From Reyranella sp. (lineage in GTDB: Bacteria; Pseudomonadota; Alphaproteobacteria; Reyranellales; Reyranellaceae), in assembly GCA_051985755.1 (NCBI GenBank), contig JBPYDO010000380.1, positions 1 to 50,487 on the forward strand: 50,487 nucleotides of DNA, written 5' to 3'. The position numbers were made by a program, and so were the translations under genes. The notes beneath the pieces were generated by a model that was given only the letters and a program-made list of their open reading frames with translations, ran no database searches and had not been told where the DNA came from. Of this stretch, positions 27,225 through 36,760 are shown piece by piece; position 1 is the first letter of the stretch, and the number at the start of each line of letters is the position of its first letter.

Positions 27225-27851
27225 GCAAAGCCCGAAGCGGTCGATGAATCGCGCCGAGAGTTCCTGTTCGTGGCCACCGGAGCCATGGGCGCTGTCGGGG
27301 CGATCGCCACGGCCTGGCCGTTCATCGATAACCTCAACCCGGCGGCCGATACACTGGCGGCCGGCGCGCCAATCGACGTCGACATCTCCAAGGTCCAGCC
27401 CGGCCAGCAGATCATCGTCCGCTGGCGCAGCCACCCGATCTTCATCGTCAACCGTCCGCCCGAGGCGCTGAAGATGCTGCAAGACGCCCGCGACCTCGAC
27501 CTCCTGTCGGACCCGCACTCCAGCGTGCAGCAGCAGCCCGACTACGCGCGCAACTGGCATCGCTCTGTCAAACCGGAATATCTGGTGGTTGTCGGCATCT
27601 GCACTCATCTCGGCTGCATACCGGAGCTCAGGGCGACGCCCGGTGGCAATCTTGGCAGCGATTGGCCGGGAGGGTTTTTCTGTCCCTGCCATGGCTCGCG
27701 CTATGACCTCGCCGCGCGCGTGTTCAGGGGCGTTCCCGCGCCGTACAACCTGCCTGTGCCGCCGTATCACTTCGTCAAGGACAAGACCCTGCGGATCGGC
27801 GAGAACCCGCCGGGATCCGAGTTCGAGCTGCGATCGGTCGTGCAGATGTAG
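27192..27851 (+). CDS. petA: Ubiquinol-cytochrome c reductase Rieske iron-sulfur subunit (orphan copy)
   Basis: Tat signal SRREFL, TM anchor, CTHLGC, CPCHGS, GVPAPYNL. Start at 27192 or 27210. Confidence 0.9.
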   Translation: MPPDTVMPPDTAKPEAVDESRREFLFVATGAMGAVGAIATAWPFIDNLNPAADTLAAGAPIDVDISKVQPGQQIIVRWRSHPIFIVNRPPEALKMLQDARDLDLLSDPHSSVQQQPDYARNWHRSVKPEYLVVVGICTHLGCIPELRATPGGNLGSDWPGGFFCPCHGSRYDLAARVFRGVPAPYNLPVPPYHFVKDKTLRIGENPPGSEFELRSVVQM

Positions 27852-27872
27852 AGGCCCAGATCGGGCGCTGTT

Positions 27873-28820
27873 CTAGTCGCCAACATCCGCGATCATGCGC
27901 TCAAGCAGCTTCGCATCGGGATAGACGCCGAGCCCGGCCCGGACGTTGTCGCGCATGTGCTCGGGATTGCTGGTGCCCGGGATGACGCAGGTCACGGCGG
28001 GGTTGGCCAGCACGAACTTCAGTAGGATCTGCGGCCAGCTGGTGCAGTCGATGTCGGCCGCCCAGCCCGGCAGCTTGCGCCGGCGCAGCCGGTGCAGGAG
28101 GTCGCCGCCGCCGAACGGCAGGTTGATCACGACGGCGATGCCATTGTCGCGCGCGAACGGCAGCAAGGTCTCCGCGGCGCCGCGATCGACGATCGAATAG
28201 TCGACCTGCACGAAGTCGAACCCGCCGAGCCGCAGCACCGATTCGAGCGCGCTGTGCGCGCCTGCCGTGTAGTGGGTGACGCCGATCAGCCGGATGCGGC
28301 TGTCCTTCTTCCAGGCCTTCAGGGTCGGCAGATGCGTCCCCCAGTCGAGCATGTTGTGGATCTGCATCAGGTCGATGACGTCGGTACGCAGCCGCTCGAA
28401 CGAGCGACGCATCTGGGCGATGCCGGCCTCGCGGCCGCTGGTCCAGACCTTGGTGGCGAGGAAGGCCTTGTCGCGGCTGCCGGCAGTGGCCAGCAGATCG
28501 CCGACCACGCCCTCGGCGCGACCGTACATGGGCGAGCTGTCGATCACCGAGCCGCCCGCCTCGAACAACACCTTCAGCACCTCGGCCAAAGGCGCCCGCT
28601 CGGCGGGGCTCGAGCCGACATCGAAGGTTCGCCACGTGCCGCAGCCGATCACGGGCAGCATTTCACCGGTCGCGGGTATCTTGCGGGTCTGCATGCGCTC
28701 TCCTGGCTGGGCCGCGGTCTGCTGGCCGGTTTGCGCCATGGCTCGAGGACAGCCGGTTGCGGCGAGCATTGCCGTGCCGGCCAACTGAAGGAAGGACGAA
28801 CGCGTCAGCCTGTGTCTCAC
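27873..28820 (-). CDS. Aldo/keto reductase with an N-terminal signal-like extension
   Basis: IGCGTW, IDSSPMYGRAE, FLATKVW, IDLMQIHN and VIPGTSNPEHM. GTG start overlaps the upstream stop. Confidence 0.9.
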   Translation of the reverse strand: MRHRLTRSSFLQLAGTAMLAATGCPRAMAQTGQQTAAQPGERMQTRKIPATGEMLPVIGCGTWRTFDVGSSPAERAPLAEVLKVLFEAGGSVIDSSPMYGRAEGVVGDLLATAGSRDKAFLATKVWTSGREAGIAQMRRSFERLRTDVIDLMQIHNMLDWGTHLPTLKAWKKDSRIRLIGVTHYTAGAHSALESVLRLGGFDFVQVDYSIVDRGAAETLLPFARDNGIAVVINLPFGGGDLLHRLRRRKLPGWAADIDCTSWPQILLKFVLANPAVTCVIPGTSNPEHMRDNVRAGLGVYPDAKLLERMIADVGD

Positions 28821-31800
28821 AGCACCACCTTGAATCCATCGCCGTCGCGCTTGGCTTCGATCGGCTTAGCGTTGACCACGACGCGCAGCGGCCCCTTCAG
28901 TCCGTCAACGGTGAAGGTCCTGGCGAAGTCCTCGACATGCTGATCGGGCTTCAGCGCGTGCCTGATGTCGATCTCGTGGCTCCACGGGCGGTATTCCAGG
29001 CGCAGCAGGCCAACTTTGCCGTCGGCCTTGAAGGTGGCGCCGTCGCGCGTGGTGAGGGCAAAAGACTGCGGATCGGGCAAGGGATTGTAAGCGAGCACGC
29101 CGCCGCTCCTTGGGTCGCAGATCAGGTAGGCCTTGCGGCCCGCCTCCGTCGTCAGCACCGCGCCGTTCTTCTCCAGGCGGCCGGTGGTGCCCTGCTGCGC
29201 CCAGCTCGTGTCGCGCTCCAGCCCGGCCGGCAGATAGGGCCATTCGCCATTGAGCCGCCGCCACGGGATGGCCTTTTCCTGTGAGCCGGGATCGATGCTG
29301 AAATGCGCCGTCGGCTGGCCAAATTCGGTGCCGAAGCCGGCTTCCATCAGGTCGTCGCCGCTCTTGTAGGCGACCTTCATCTGATGGTGATCCTCGCTCC
29401 ACGAGGCGGTGAGCGTGTTGGCCTTGATACGGTTCCGGAAAGCCTCGAACGAGCCGTATTGCTCGACGTCGCCCATCTCGAGGACGAAGCCGCCATAGGT
29501 CGACAGCGCGAGCTTGTCGAAGTCGATGGCATCCGGCTTGAGCGGCTCGGCCCGCTTCATGTTGTACATCGACACGATCAAAGCCGGCGCCACCTCGGCC
29601 CCGGTCGGGTCGGCCTTGCCGCCGCCGCCCGGGCCGATCTCGATCTCGGCGTCACGGCCCAGGTCGGCCGTCGGCAGCGGCAGGATCGCGAGATAGGTGA
29701 TCCCGTCGCGGATCAGGAAGCGCGTGCCTGCCGCCAGGCGCTGGGGAAACGAATCGAGCTTGCGGTCGTCGGCGTAGATCTCCCAGTCCCTGTTCTCGTT
29801 GAAGTTCCACAGTCCGATCACGGTTGCGAGCTTGGCGAGCCCCTGCTTGCCCAGCGCTTCGAGGAAGCGCTGGCGATTGGCGTGCGGCTTGGTGAAGATG
29901 ATGGCGCGGCCGCGACTCTGAAAGGTGAGGGTGATGCCGGCCTGGGCGCTGATGCCGCCGCCGGTGGTGACGAGATCGGGGTCGTTGGCGGCATAGCGCA
30001 CGGTGAGCGAGCCGAGATCCTCGAGCCGCGTCGATTTCTGCGGCGCGCGCACCCATTGCGCCAGCACGTCGAATGTACCGCCGCGGATGTCGGTGCTGGC
30101 GAGCCCATGCCAGCGGCCGAGCCAGCTGCGGCGCCACAGCGGCGGCTTGAAGAAGCCGCGCGTGGTTTCGGCCGACGTCTCCTCGAACGGTACCGGCTTG
30201 TCGTCGATGAGGTCCGCCACCCACGACGGCCCCCACGGCTCGGCCAGCGCCTGCATGGCGACCCGGCCCGGCGGAAAGTCGTAGCCCCACGCCGCCATGC
30301 CCTGCACGCGGCCATCGAACTTGAGGTCGGGGTACTTGACCACGCCTTCCTTGGAGAGGCTGTGCAGGGCGCCGTAGATGCCGTCCTGCTCGACCATCAC
30401 GCCGGAAAGCCGGGCGCGCCCCGACGACGACACGAAGCGGCGCAGCCGCGAATGGTAGAGCGTGATCAGCATCTCGAGAGTGCGGTCGACCAGCACGCGT
30501 CCCATCAGCCGGTCGACCGCCGTGGGCGCGAAGTCGGCGAACATCTTCTGCCCGCTCAAGGTGATCGACAGGTAATAGTGATCGAGGATCTCCTGGGTCG
30601 TGCCGTCGAGGAATCCCCAGAAGCGCAGAGGCAGGTGCTCGAGCCCATGCCGGCCGTCAGCCATGGCGTACTGCGAGCCGATCAGCGCGCCGCCCAGCAA
30701 GGCGCCCATGGCGGCCGTGTGGTTGAAGTTCTGGGTGCTGACCTGGTAGTTGTAGCCGTCGCGGAAAAAGCTGGCGCGGCCGCGCCAATCGTGGTTGCGC
30801 TTCCAGTAGTCGATGGCATCCGGGCTCTGCGGATGCACGAAGGCATCGGTCGGCAGGTCGGGCTGCAGCCACGCCGTCCAGTAATTCTTGAGATGATCCT
30901 GCACGGGACCCGGCATCAGGTCGCGGAACAGGTACCAGACCAGCAGGAGGTCCTCGATCTCCCAGCCCATCCAGTAGCGCGGCGGCATCTGCAACAGCCC
31001 GCTGAGGCGCGCCTCGTAGTCCTTGTAGCCTTTGTCGCCTTCCACCTCGGCCCAGCTGCTGACGCTGTCGCCGCCGACCTTGCGCAGCTCCGCCAGTCGC
31101 TTCAGTTCCCAGTCCCGCCGTGCGACGCCGCGCGGCGTCATGGCGCGGCGGGCGCGCTGGACCAGCTCGGTCTGCGGCACCAGCACCGCCGTCGGCCGCG
31201 AGCCGTCCGCCGTCTGAAGTTCCAAGTCGGCGCGCAGTCCCAGCGGCAGGTTGATGGAGACGATCCCGTTCGTCCGCCGGCAGGCGACCAGCAGGCGCGG
31301 CACGGTGAAGCGCAGGCCGTGGCCGCCGGTCGGCATCGCCCATTCATAGGCGTCGCCCAGTTGCCGGTAGCGCGAATCATAGGTCTCGAGCTTGCGCAGC
31401 AGGAAGCCGCCCTGCTCCAGCCAGCGCAGCCGCGCCCCGGCTTCGCGCTCGAGGGCTGGCGACGCGAGCAGGTGGGTGATGTCGAAACGCGCCTCGTGCT
31501 CGCGGGTGGAAAGTTCCTGCGGCGGCAACTCGGTCGAGTAGCGGTCGTGGGCGACGTCGGCGGCGCCGTAGCGCGTCCAGTAGCGGCGCCCGTTGACGCT
31601 GGCATTGAAGGTGGGCCCGCTATCGGGATCGGCTTTCCAGGGATGGCGCAGCGGGATCGCCTCGACGTGCCAAGTGGGCGGGTCATCCGTCCACATCTTG
31701 CGCCCCAGCCCGTCGCGGCAGGTGTAGCCCTCGGGCACGATCTCGTAGCCGTTGTAGGTGAGCGACAGATCGGCGTGCACCAGCACGCGGCCGAACCGCA

Positions 31801-32032
31801 AGAGGTCGGCGATCTCCTGCGCCGCCGTTGGGAAGCGCAGCAGCACCGAGCGATGGACAGCGTCGACCGTGGTGCCGCCGGGGATCGACTTGTCCCAGTG
31901 GCGGCCGTCGATGGTCGCAGTCTCGCCCTTGGCTATTTCAAACGTCTCGTGGCCTTGCGCCAGAGCGCGACTCGGGGCGGCGAGCGCGGCTCCAGCCAGG
32001 AGGAGGCGGCGTCTGTCGATTTGGAACGACAT
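28817..32032 (-). CDS. Large Tat-exported hypothetical protein (1071 aa)
   Basis: Signal DRRRLLL...ALA-Q; long ORF with normal, aromatic-rich composition; no family recognised with confidence. Confidence 0.8.
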   Translation of the reverse strand: MSFQIDRRRLLLAGAALAAPSRALAQGHETFEIAKGETATIDGRHWDKSIPGGTTVDAVHRSVLLRFPTAAQEIADLLRFGRVLVHADLSLTYNGYEIVPEGYTCRDGLGRKMWTDDPPTWHVEAIPLRHPWKADPDSGPTFNASVNGRRYWTRYGAADVAHDRYSTELPPQELSTREHEARFDITHLLASPALEREAGARLRWLEQGGFLLRKLETYDSRYRQLGDAYEWAMPTGGHGLRFTVPRLLVACRRTNGIVSINLPLGLRADLELQTADGSRPTAVLVPQTELVQRARRAMTPRGVARRDWELKRLAELRKVGGDSVSSWAEVEGDKGYKDYEARLSGLLQMPPRYWMGWEIEDLLLVWYLFRDLMPGPVQDHLKNYWTAWLQPDLPTDAFVHPQSPDAIDYWKRNHDWRGRASFFRDGYNYQVSTQNFNHTAAMGALLGGALIGSQYAMADGRHGLEHLPLRFWGFLDGTTQEILDHYYLSITLSGQKMFADFAPTAVDRLMGRVLVDRTLEMLITLYHSRLRRFVSSSGRARLSGVMVEQDGIYGALHSLSKEGVVKYPDLKFDGRVQGMAAWGYDFPPGRVAMQALAEPWGPSWVADLIDDKPVPFEETSAETTRGFFKPPLWRRSWLGRWHGLASTDIRGGTFDVLAQWVRAPQKSTRLEDLGSLTVRYAANDPDLVTTGGGISAQAGITLTFQSRGRAIIFTKPHANRQRFLEALGKQGLAKLATVIGLWNFNENRDWEIYADDRKLDSFPQRLAAGTRFLIRDGITYLAILPLPTADLGRDAEIEIGPGGGGKADPTGAEVAPALIVSMYNMKRAEPLKPDAIDFDKLALSTYGGFVLEMGDVEQYGSFEAFRNRIKANTLTASWSEDHHQMKVAYKSGDDLMEAGFGTEFGQPTAHFSIDPGSQEKAIPWRRLNGEWPYLPAGLERDTSWAQQGTTGRLEKNGAVLTTEAGRKAYLICDPRSGGVLAYNPLPDPQSFALTTRDGATFKADGKVGLLRLEYRPWSHEIDIRHALKPDQHVEDFARTFTVDGLKGPLRVVVNAKPIEAKRDGDGFKVVL

Positions 32033-32073
32033 GGGGGTGGCGCATGTTACGCTGGCGCCCCGGAGGAAACACG

Positions 32074-32631
32074 ATGATCAAGCGCAAACAGCGCGTCCCC
32101 ATGCGCGACCTTTCGACCATGCCGGCGGAGGACCGCGAGGCCGTCGAGAAGAACGCGCTGAACGGCCGGCTCTATAACATCTTCAAGGTGCTGGCGCACC
32201 ATCCCAAGCTGGTGAAGCGCTGGACGCCGTTTGCCGGCCACGTGCTCGCCAAGCAGACACTGCCCTTTCGTGATCGCGAGATTTTGATCCTGCGCATTGG
32301 CTGGTTGAACCAGGCGGAGTACGAGTTCGCGCAGCATGAGCTGATCGCTCGGCGCGGCGGTTTCGGCGACGCCGATATCGACAAGATCAAGGCCGGGCCG
32401 AAGGCGGCCGGCCTCACGCCGCACGAGGCGGCGCTGATGCAGGCGGCCGACGATCTGTTCGAGAACTCGGTGATTACCGACGCGACCTGGGCCACGCTTG
32501 CCAAGAGCTACTCGACCGAACAGCTGTTGGACGCGGTCTTCACCGTCGGCCAGTACAACATGGTCTCCTGGGCGCTCAACAGCCTCGGCGTCCCGCTCGA
32601 CGACTTCCTGCCGGGCGCGAAGAAGGGCTAG
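32074..32631 (+). CDS. Carboxymuconolactone decarboxylase/AhpD-like family protein
   Basis: GGAGG RBS; motifs NIFKVLAHHP, REILILR, YEFAQH and VGQYNMVSWALNSLGV. Confidence 0.85.
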   Translation: MIKRKQRVPMRDLSTMPAEDREAVEKNALNGRLYNIFKVLAHHPKLVKRWTPFAGHVLAKQTLPFRDREILILRIGWLNQAEYEFAQHELIARRGGFGDADIDKIKAGPKAAGLTPHEAALMQAADDLFENSVITDATWATLAKSYSTEQLLDAVFTVGQYNMVSWALNSLGVPLDDFLPGAKKG

Positions 32632-33668
32632 ACCTTCCCGCTGACGCCGGCCGATTCGAACGTCGCCATGCCGTTGTGGCAGGCGGCGGCGGCCTTCAGC
32701 AGCGGCACGGCCAGCGCCGCGGCCGAGGCCTCGCCCAGGCGCATGTCCATGTCCAGAAGCGGCCGCTGGCCGATCGCCTCGAGCAGGCGCTTGTGGCCGG
32801 GCTCGGCCGAGCGATGCGCCACCTTGCAGTGATCGAGCGCCCGGTGGTCGAAGGCATAGAGCACGGCCGCCGCGGCGGTGCAGGCATAGCCGTCGAGCAG
32901 CACCGGGATGCGGGCCATGCGGGCAGCGATCACGGCGCCCGCGATGGCGGCGAACTCCTCGCCGCCCAGCGCCGCCAGCAAGGTCAGTGGATCGCGCGCG
33001 GCGATTGCTGCCTTGTGATGGGCCAGCGCCTCGTCGATGACCGTGATCTTGTGGGCGAGTGCCGCGCCCTGCACGCCGGTGCCGGGTCCCGCCCAATCCG
33101 CGCCGCCGCCGCCGAACAGCGCCGCACAAAGGGCGGCGGCTGCCGTCGTGTTGGCGATTCCCATTTCGCCAAGACACAGCACGTCGATGCCGGGTTCGGC
33201 CGCCATCATGCCGTAGGCCATGGCCTTGGCGGTGCGCGCCTCGTTCATGGCCGGTGCTTGCGTGAAATCCTCGGTCGGATGCGCAAGGTCGAGCTCGTAG
33301 ATGCGCAGATCGGCGTCGATCGCAGCCGAGAGCTGATTGATGGCGGCCCCGCCGGCCAGGAAGTTCTTGACCATCTGCAGCGTCACGTCCGGCGGATAGG
33401 CCGAGACGCCGCGCCGCGCCACGCCGTGGGTTCCGGCGAATACCGCCACCCTCGGCCGCTCGATCCGGGGCTGCGCACGGCCCTGCCAGGCGCCGAGCCA
33501 TTCTGCGAGTTCTTCCAGGCGGCCGAGCGAGCCGGGCGGCTTGGTGAGAGTGGCCTGGCGGCGGACGATCTCGGTCTGCGCCGCAAGATCGGGCCCGGGC
33601 AGGTCGCTCAGGATGCGCCGTATTTCGGCAAAGTTGGCGGCCTCAATGGGCTGGGCTTGGGCGTTCAT
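32628..33668 (-). CDS. cobT: Nicotinate-nucleotide:dimethylbenzimidazole phosphoribosyltransferase
   Basis: LTKPPGSLGRLE, GVSAYP, NFLAGGAAIN, GEMGIANTT, MRLGE and MATFESAGV. Confidence 0.95.
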   Translation of the reverse strand: MNAQAQPIEAANFAEIRRILSDLPGPDLAAQTEIVRRQATLTKPPGSLGRLEELAEWLGAWQGRAQPRIERPRVAVFAGTHGVARRGVSAYPPDVTLQMVKNFLAGGAAINQLSAAIDADLRIYELDLAHPTEDFTQAPAMNEARTAKAMAYGMMAAEPGIDVLCLGEMGIANTTAAAALCAALFGGGGADWAGPGTGVQGAALAHKITVIDEALAHHKAAIAARDPLTLLAALGGEEFAAIAGAVIAARMARIPVLLDGYACTAAAAVLYAFDHRALDHCKVAHRSAEPGHKRLLEAIGQRPLLDMDMRLGEASAAALAVPLLKAAAACHNGMATFESAGVSGKV

Positions 33669-33701
33669 CGCGGGCGCGGACCATCCTATATTTGCCGGGC
33701 C

Positions 33702-34505
33702 ATGACCAGCCCCGACGACTTCCCCGGCAGCCGACCCACGACCTACGATGAGTGGCTGCAAGCCTTCAAGGAACAGGCAGCGTTCTTCACCGGCCTCAGA
33801 TTCAAGGTCGGCGAGCCGAGTTGGCAACTGGCCGACGTGCTGCCGGTACTGCCGTTCATCGGCGCCGCCGTCGGCCTGGTGGCCGGCTTCGTCTTCGCGC
33901 TTGTGCGCAGCCTCGCAGGACCGGGCTGGCTTGCCGGTGTACTGGCCATCGGGGCGGCGATCGTCATCACCCGCGCTTTGCACGAGGACGGTCTCGCCGA
34001 CACCGCCGACGGGCTCGGCCCGCATGCGCTGGAGGCGCCGAAGCGGCTCGAGATCATGCGTGACAGCCGCATCGGCACGTTCGGTGTGCTGGCCCTCGCG
34101 CTCTCCGTGCTGATCAAGGTCGCGTGCCTGGCGCAGTTCTCCGGCGGCACGGGTCTGGTCGTGCTGGTCGGCGCCCATGCGCTGTCACGCGCCGTGCTGG
34201 CCTATCCTCTGCTGGCCTTCAGTCCGGTGCGCGAGGACGGCCTCGGCGCGCAAGCCGGCAAGCCGACCGATCACGACGCCTGGATCGCCATCGGCATCGG
34301 TGCGGCCGTCGCCTTCGTGCTGCTGCTGGGCAAGGGCCTGGTCGTGGCGGTCGTGGCGCCGGTCGCCGCAGTGGCCGCGGCATGGTTCGCCGCGCGCTGG
34401 ATCGCCGAGCGCATCGGCGGCTATACCGGCGACACTTTGGGCGCCGTGCAGCAGACGGCCGAACTCGTCTTCCTGCTGGCCGCGGCCCTGCTGATCGCGC
34501 GCTGA
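33702..34505 (+). CDS. cobS: Adenosylcobinamide-GDP ribazoletransferase (cobalamin synthase)
   Basis: ALHEDGLADTADG, IMRDSRIGTFG and GGYTGDTLGA. Confidence 0.94.
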   Translation: MTSPDDFPGSRPTTYDEWLQAFKEQAAFFTGLRFKVGEPSWQLADVLPVLPFIGAAVGLVAGFVFALVRSLAGPGWLAGVLAIGAAIVITRALHEDGLADTADGLGPHALEAPKRLEIMRDSRIGTFGVLALALSVLIKVACLAQFSGGTGLVVLVGAHALSRAVLAYPLLAFSPVREDGLGAQAGKPTDHDAWIAIGIGAAVAFVLLLGKGLVVAVVAPVAAVAAAWFAARWIAERIGGYTGDTLGAVQQTAELVFLLAAALLIAR

Positions 34506-34544
34506 AGCCAGCGATCCGAACCTGCACGTCATCGAGGAGAGCGT

Positions 34545-35216
34545 ATGCCCACGGGAGCCAAGATTACCGGGCCGGTCACGCGCTGGTGGTGGGTGCGCCA
34601 TGCGCCGGTTCCTAATCCCGAACGCCGCTGCTACGGCCAGTCGGACAAGGACTGCGACACCAGCAACGTCGCGCTCTTCCGCCACCAGGCTGCGCTCCTG
34701 CCCAAGGGCGCCATCTGGTACTCGTCCAATCTCCTGCGGGCGCGCAAGACGGCCGAGAGCCTGGGCGCCGCCGGGGCCGAGATGGGCGAGCTGTTGATCG
34801 ATCCCGATCTCGCCGAGCAGCATTTCGGTGACTGGCAGGGCCTGACTTACAGCGAGATCGCCGAGAGCCACGGCCGCAATCACCTCTTCTGGCTGGGACC
34901 ACCCGAGCTCAGGCCGCCGGGCGGCGAGAACTTCGTCGATCTGCGCGAGCGCACGGTGCGTACCATCGAGCGCGTGACGGCGAAACATCCCGGCCGCGAC
35001 ATCGTGGCGACGGCCCATGGCGGCACGATCCGCGCCGCTCTGGCGCACGCCTTCAACATGCATCCCGAGGCGGCCGTGCGCTTCGAGATCGACAATGTGT
35101 CGATCACCCTGATCGAGCATTTCGCACAGGCCGATCCGGCGCACTCATGGCGCGTCGCCTTCACCAACTACATGCCGCGCAACATCGTCGTGCAACACGC
35201 AGGCAGCAGCGCATGA
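34545..35216 (+). CDS. Histidine phosphatase (CobC-like alpha-ribazole phosphatase candidate)
   Basis: VRHA, SSNLLRARKTA, EQHFGDWQG, PPGGE and AHGGTIR; lies in a cob operon. Confidence 0.85.
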   Translation: MPTGAKITGPVTRWWWVRHAPVPNPERRCYGQSDKDCDTSNVALFRHQAALLPKGAIWYSSNLLRARKTAESLGAAGAEMGELLIDPDLAEQHFGDWQGLTYSEIAESHGRNHLFWLGPPELRPPGGENFVDLRERTVRTIERVTAKHPGRDIVATAHGGTIRAALAHAFNMHPEAAVRFEIDNVSITLIEHFAQADPAHSWRVAFTNYMPRNIVVQHAGSSA

Positions 35217-36055
35217 AGAGCACGGCCGAGCTCGCGGCCGAGCAGGCCGCCTTCTGGAATGGCCCGGGCGGCCAGATGTGGCTCGCGTCCTACGATCGCA
35301 TCCAGCGCGCCACCGCAGCCTTCACCGTCTCGGTGCTGCAGGCGGCCGCGGCCCAGCCAGGAGAGCAGGTGCTCGATGTCGGATGCGGCACCGGCGCAAC
35401 CACGGCCGCCCTTGCTGCCGCCGTCGGTCCGGACGGTCGCGTGATGGGCGTCGACATCTCCGAGCCGCTGCTGGACGTTGCGCGCCAGCAGGGACTTGCC
35501 AACGCCACCTTCGACCTTGGCGATGCCACCACCTTTGCCTTCGCTCCCGCGGCCTTCGATCTGATCTTTTCGCGCTTCGGTGTGATGTTCTTCGCCGAAC
35601 CGGTGAAGGCCTTCGCCAACCTGCGGCGGGCGCTGAAACCTTCCGGCCGACTGGTGTTCCTGTGCTGGCGGACGCCGCAGGAGAATCCCTGGGGTCTGGT
35701 GCCGCTGCGTGCCGTCCAGCCGCATCTGCCGCCGGTCGAGCGGCCCGGCCCGGAGGATCCCGGTCAGTACTCCTTCGGCGACCGTGCGCGTGTCGAGCGC
35801 ATTCTCGGCGCGGCAGGCTTCGGCCCGCCCTCGTTCCAGCCGGTCGACCATCCGGTCCAGCTGGGCCGGGACGTGGCCGACGCCGTTGAAGGCTTGACCT
35901 ATCGCGGAGCCTTGGCGCGGATGTTCGCCCAGGCGACGCCTCAGCAGGCCGAAAACGCCAGGCGGGCGATGGCCGACGCGCTCAGGCCCCATGAAGGCGC
36001 CGACGGCGTCGCCCTGACGGGCGCCTGCTGGCTAGTGCGCGCCGCACAGGACTGA
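35213..36055 (+). CDS. Class I SAM-dependent methyltransferase
   Basis: VLDVGCGTG, GVDIS and FDLIFSRFGVMFF; ATGA overlap with the phosphatase stop. Confidence 0.9.
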   Translation: MKSTAELAAEQAAFWNGPGGQMWLASYDRIQRATAAFTVSVLQAAAAQPGEQVLDVGCGTGATTAALAAAVGPDGRVMGVDISEPLLDVARQQGLANATFDLGDATTFAFAPAAFDLIFSRFGVMFFAEPVKAFANLRRALKPSGRLVFLCWRTPQENPWGLVPLRAVQPHLPPVERPGPEDPGQYSFGDRARVERILGAAGFGPPSFQPVDHPVQLGRDVADAVEGLTYRGALARMFAQATPQQAENARRAMADALRPHEGADGVALTGACWLVRAAQD

Positions 36056-36621
36056 TGGAACACGCGCCGAGTCTCGCGCTGCCGCCTGTCAGCCTGGTGC
36101 TTGGCGGGGCGCGCTCGGGCAAGAGCAGCCACGCCGAGAAACTGGTGGCCGGCACCTTGTTCGGCGCGCCGCCGCGTCCGGCGGTCTACGTCGCCACCGC
36201 CCAGGCGGGCGACCTCGAGATGGCGACCCGCATCATGGCGCATCGCGCGCGGCGCGGTGCCCATTGGACGACCATCGAGGAGCCTCTCAAGCTCGCCAGG
36301 GCGCTGGCCGAGGCCGGCGCACACTCCGCGCCGGTGTTGGTCGACTGCCTGACGCTCTGGCTTGCCAATCTCATGCAGGCCAGCGCCGACCTGGACGAGG
36401 CGGCAGACGAGTTGCTCGGCGCGCTCGAGGGCTTTGTCGTTCCGGTCGTCTTCGTGAGCAACGAAGTGGGGCTTGGCATCGTGCCCGACACCCCGCTGGG
36501 GCGCGCCTTCCGCGATGCCCAGGGCCGGCTCAACATGCGGCTTGCCGAGCGGGCCGACCGGGTCATTTTGATGACCGCGGGCTTGCCGTTGCTGCTCAAG
36601 GATCGTCCGGCGCCGCGCTAG
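36055..36621 (+). CDS. cobU: Bifunctional adenosylcobinamide kinase/adenosylcobinamide-phosphate guanylyltransferase
   Basis: P-loop GGARSGKS, YVATA, VLVDCLTLWL and VSNEVGLGIVP. Confidence 0.95.
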   Translation: MEHAPSLALPPVSLVLGGARSGKSSHAEKLVAGTLFGAPPRPAVYVATAQAGDLEMATRIMAHRARRGAHWTTIEEPLKLARALAEAGAHSAPVLVDCLTLWLANLMQASADLDEAADELLGALEGFVVPVVFVSNEVGLGIVPDTPLGRAFRDAQGRLNMRLAERADRVILMTAGLPLLLKDRPAPR

Positions 36622-36760
36622 AGCAGCGCCCGGCAGGGTTCAATCGGCCGCTGTACGCTGCGCCGCAATTCTGCCCCGAAACGTGATATGATCGGTTTGT
36701 TGCGGTCGCGTCAGTCCTGCCCCTCCGACCTCCAGGCGGCCGCCAACCAAGGAGCAGAAT

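Noticed and set aside
29303-32077. 924-aa plus-strand ORF (and similar long ORFs at 5220-6917, 6563-8188, 8324-9904, 13647-15704, 15572-17206, 44203-46107 and 47809-49221)
   Set aside because: These are antisense or off-frame shadows of well-supported genes. They are Arg/Ala/Gly-rich with no motifs, which is expected in high-GC DNA.
33669-33701. Cobalamin riboswitch for the cob genes
   Set aside because: The divergent gap is only 33 bp and no B12-box is visible nearby.
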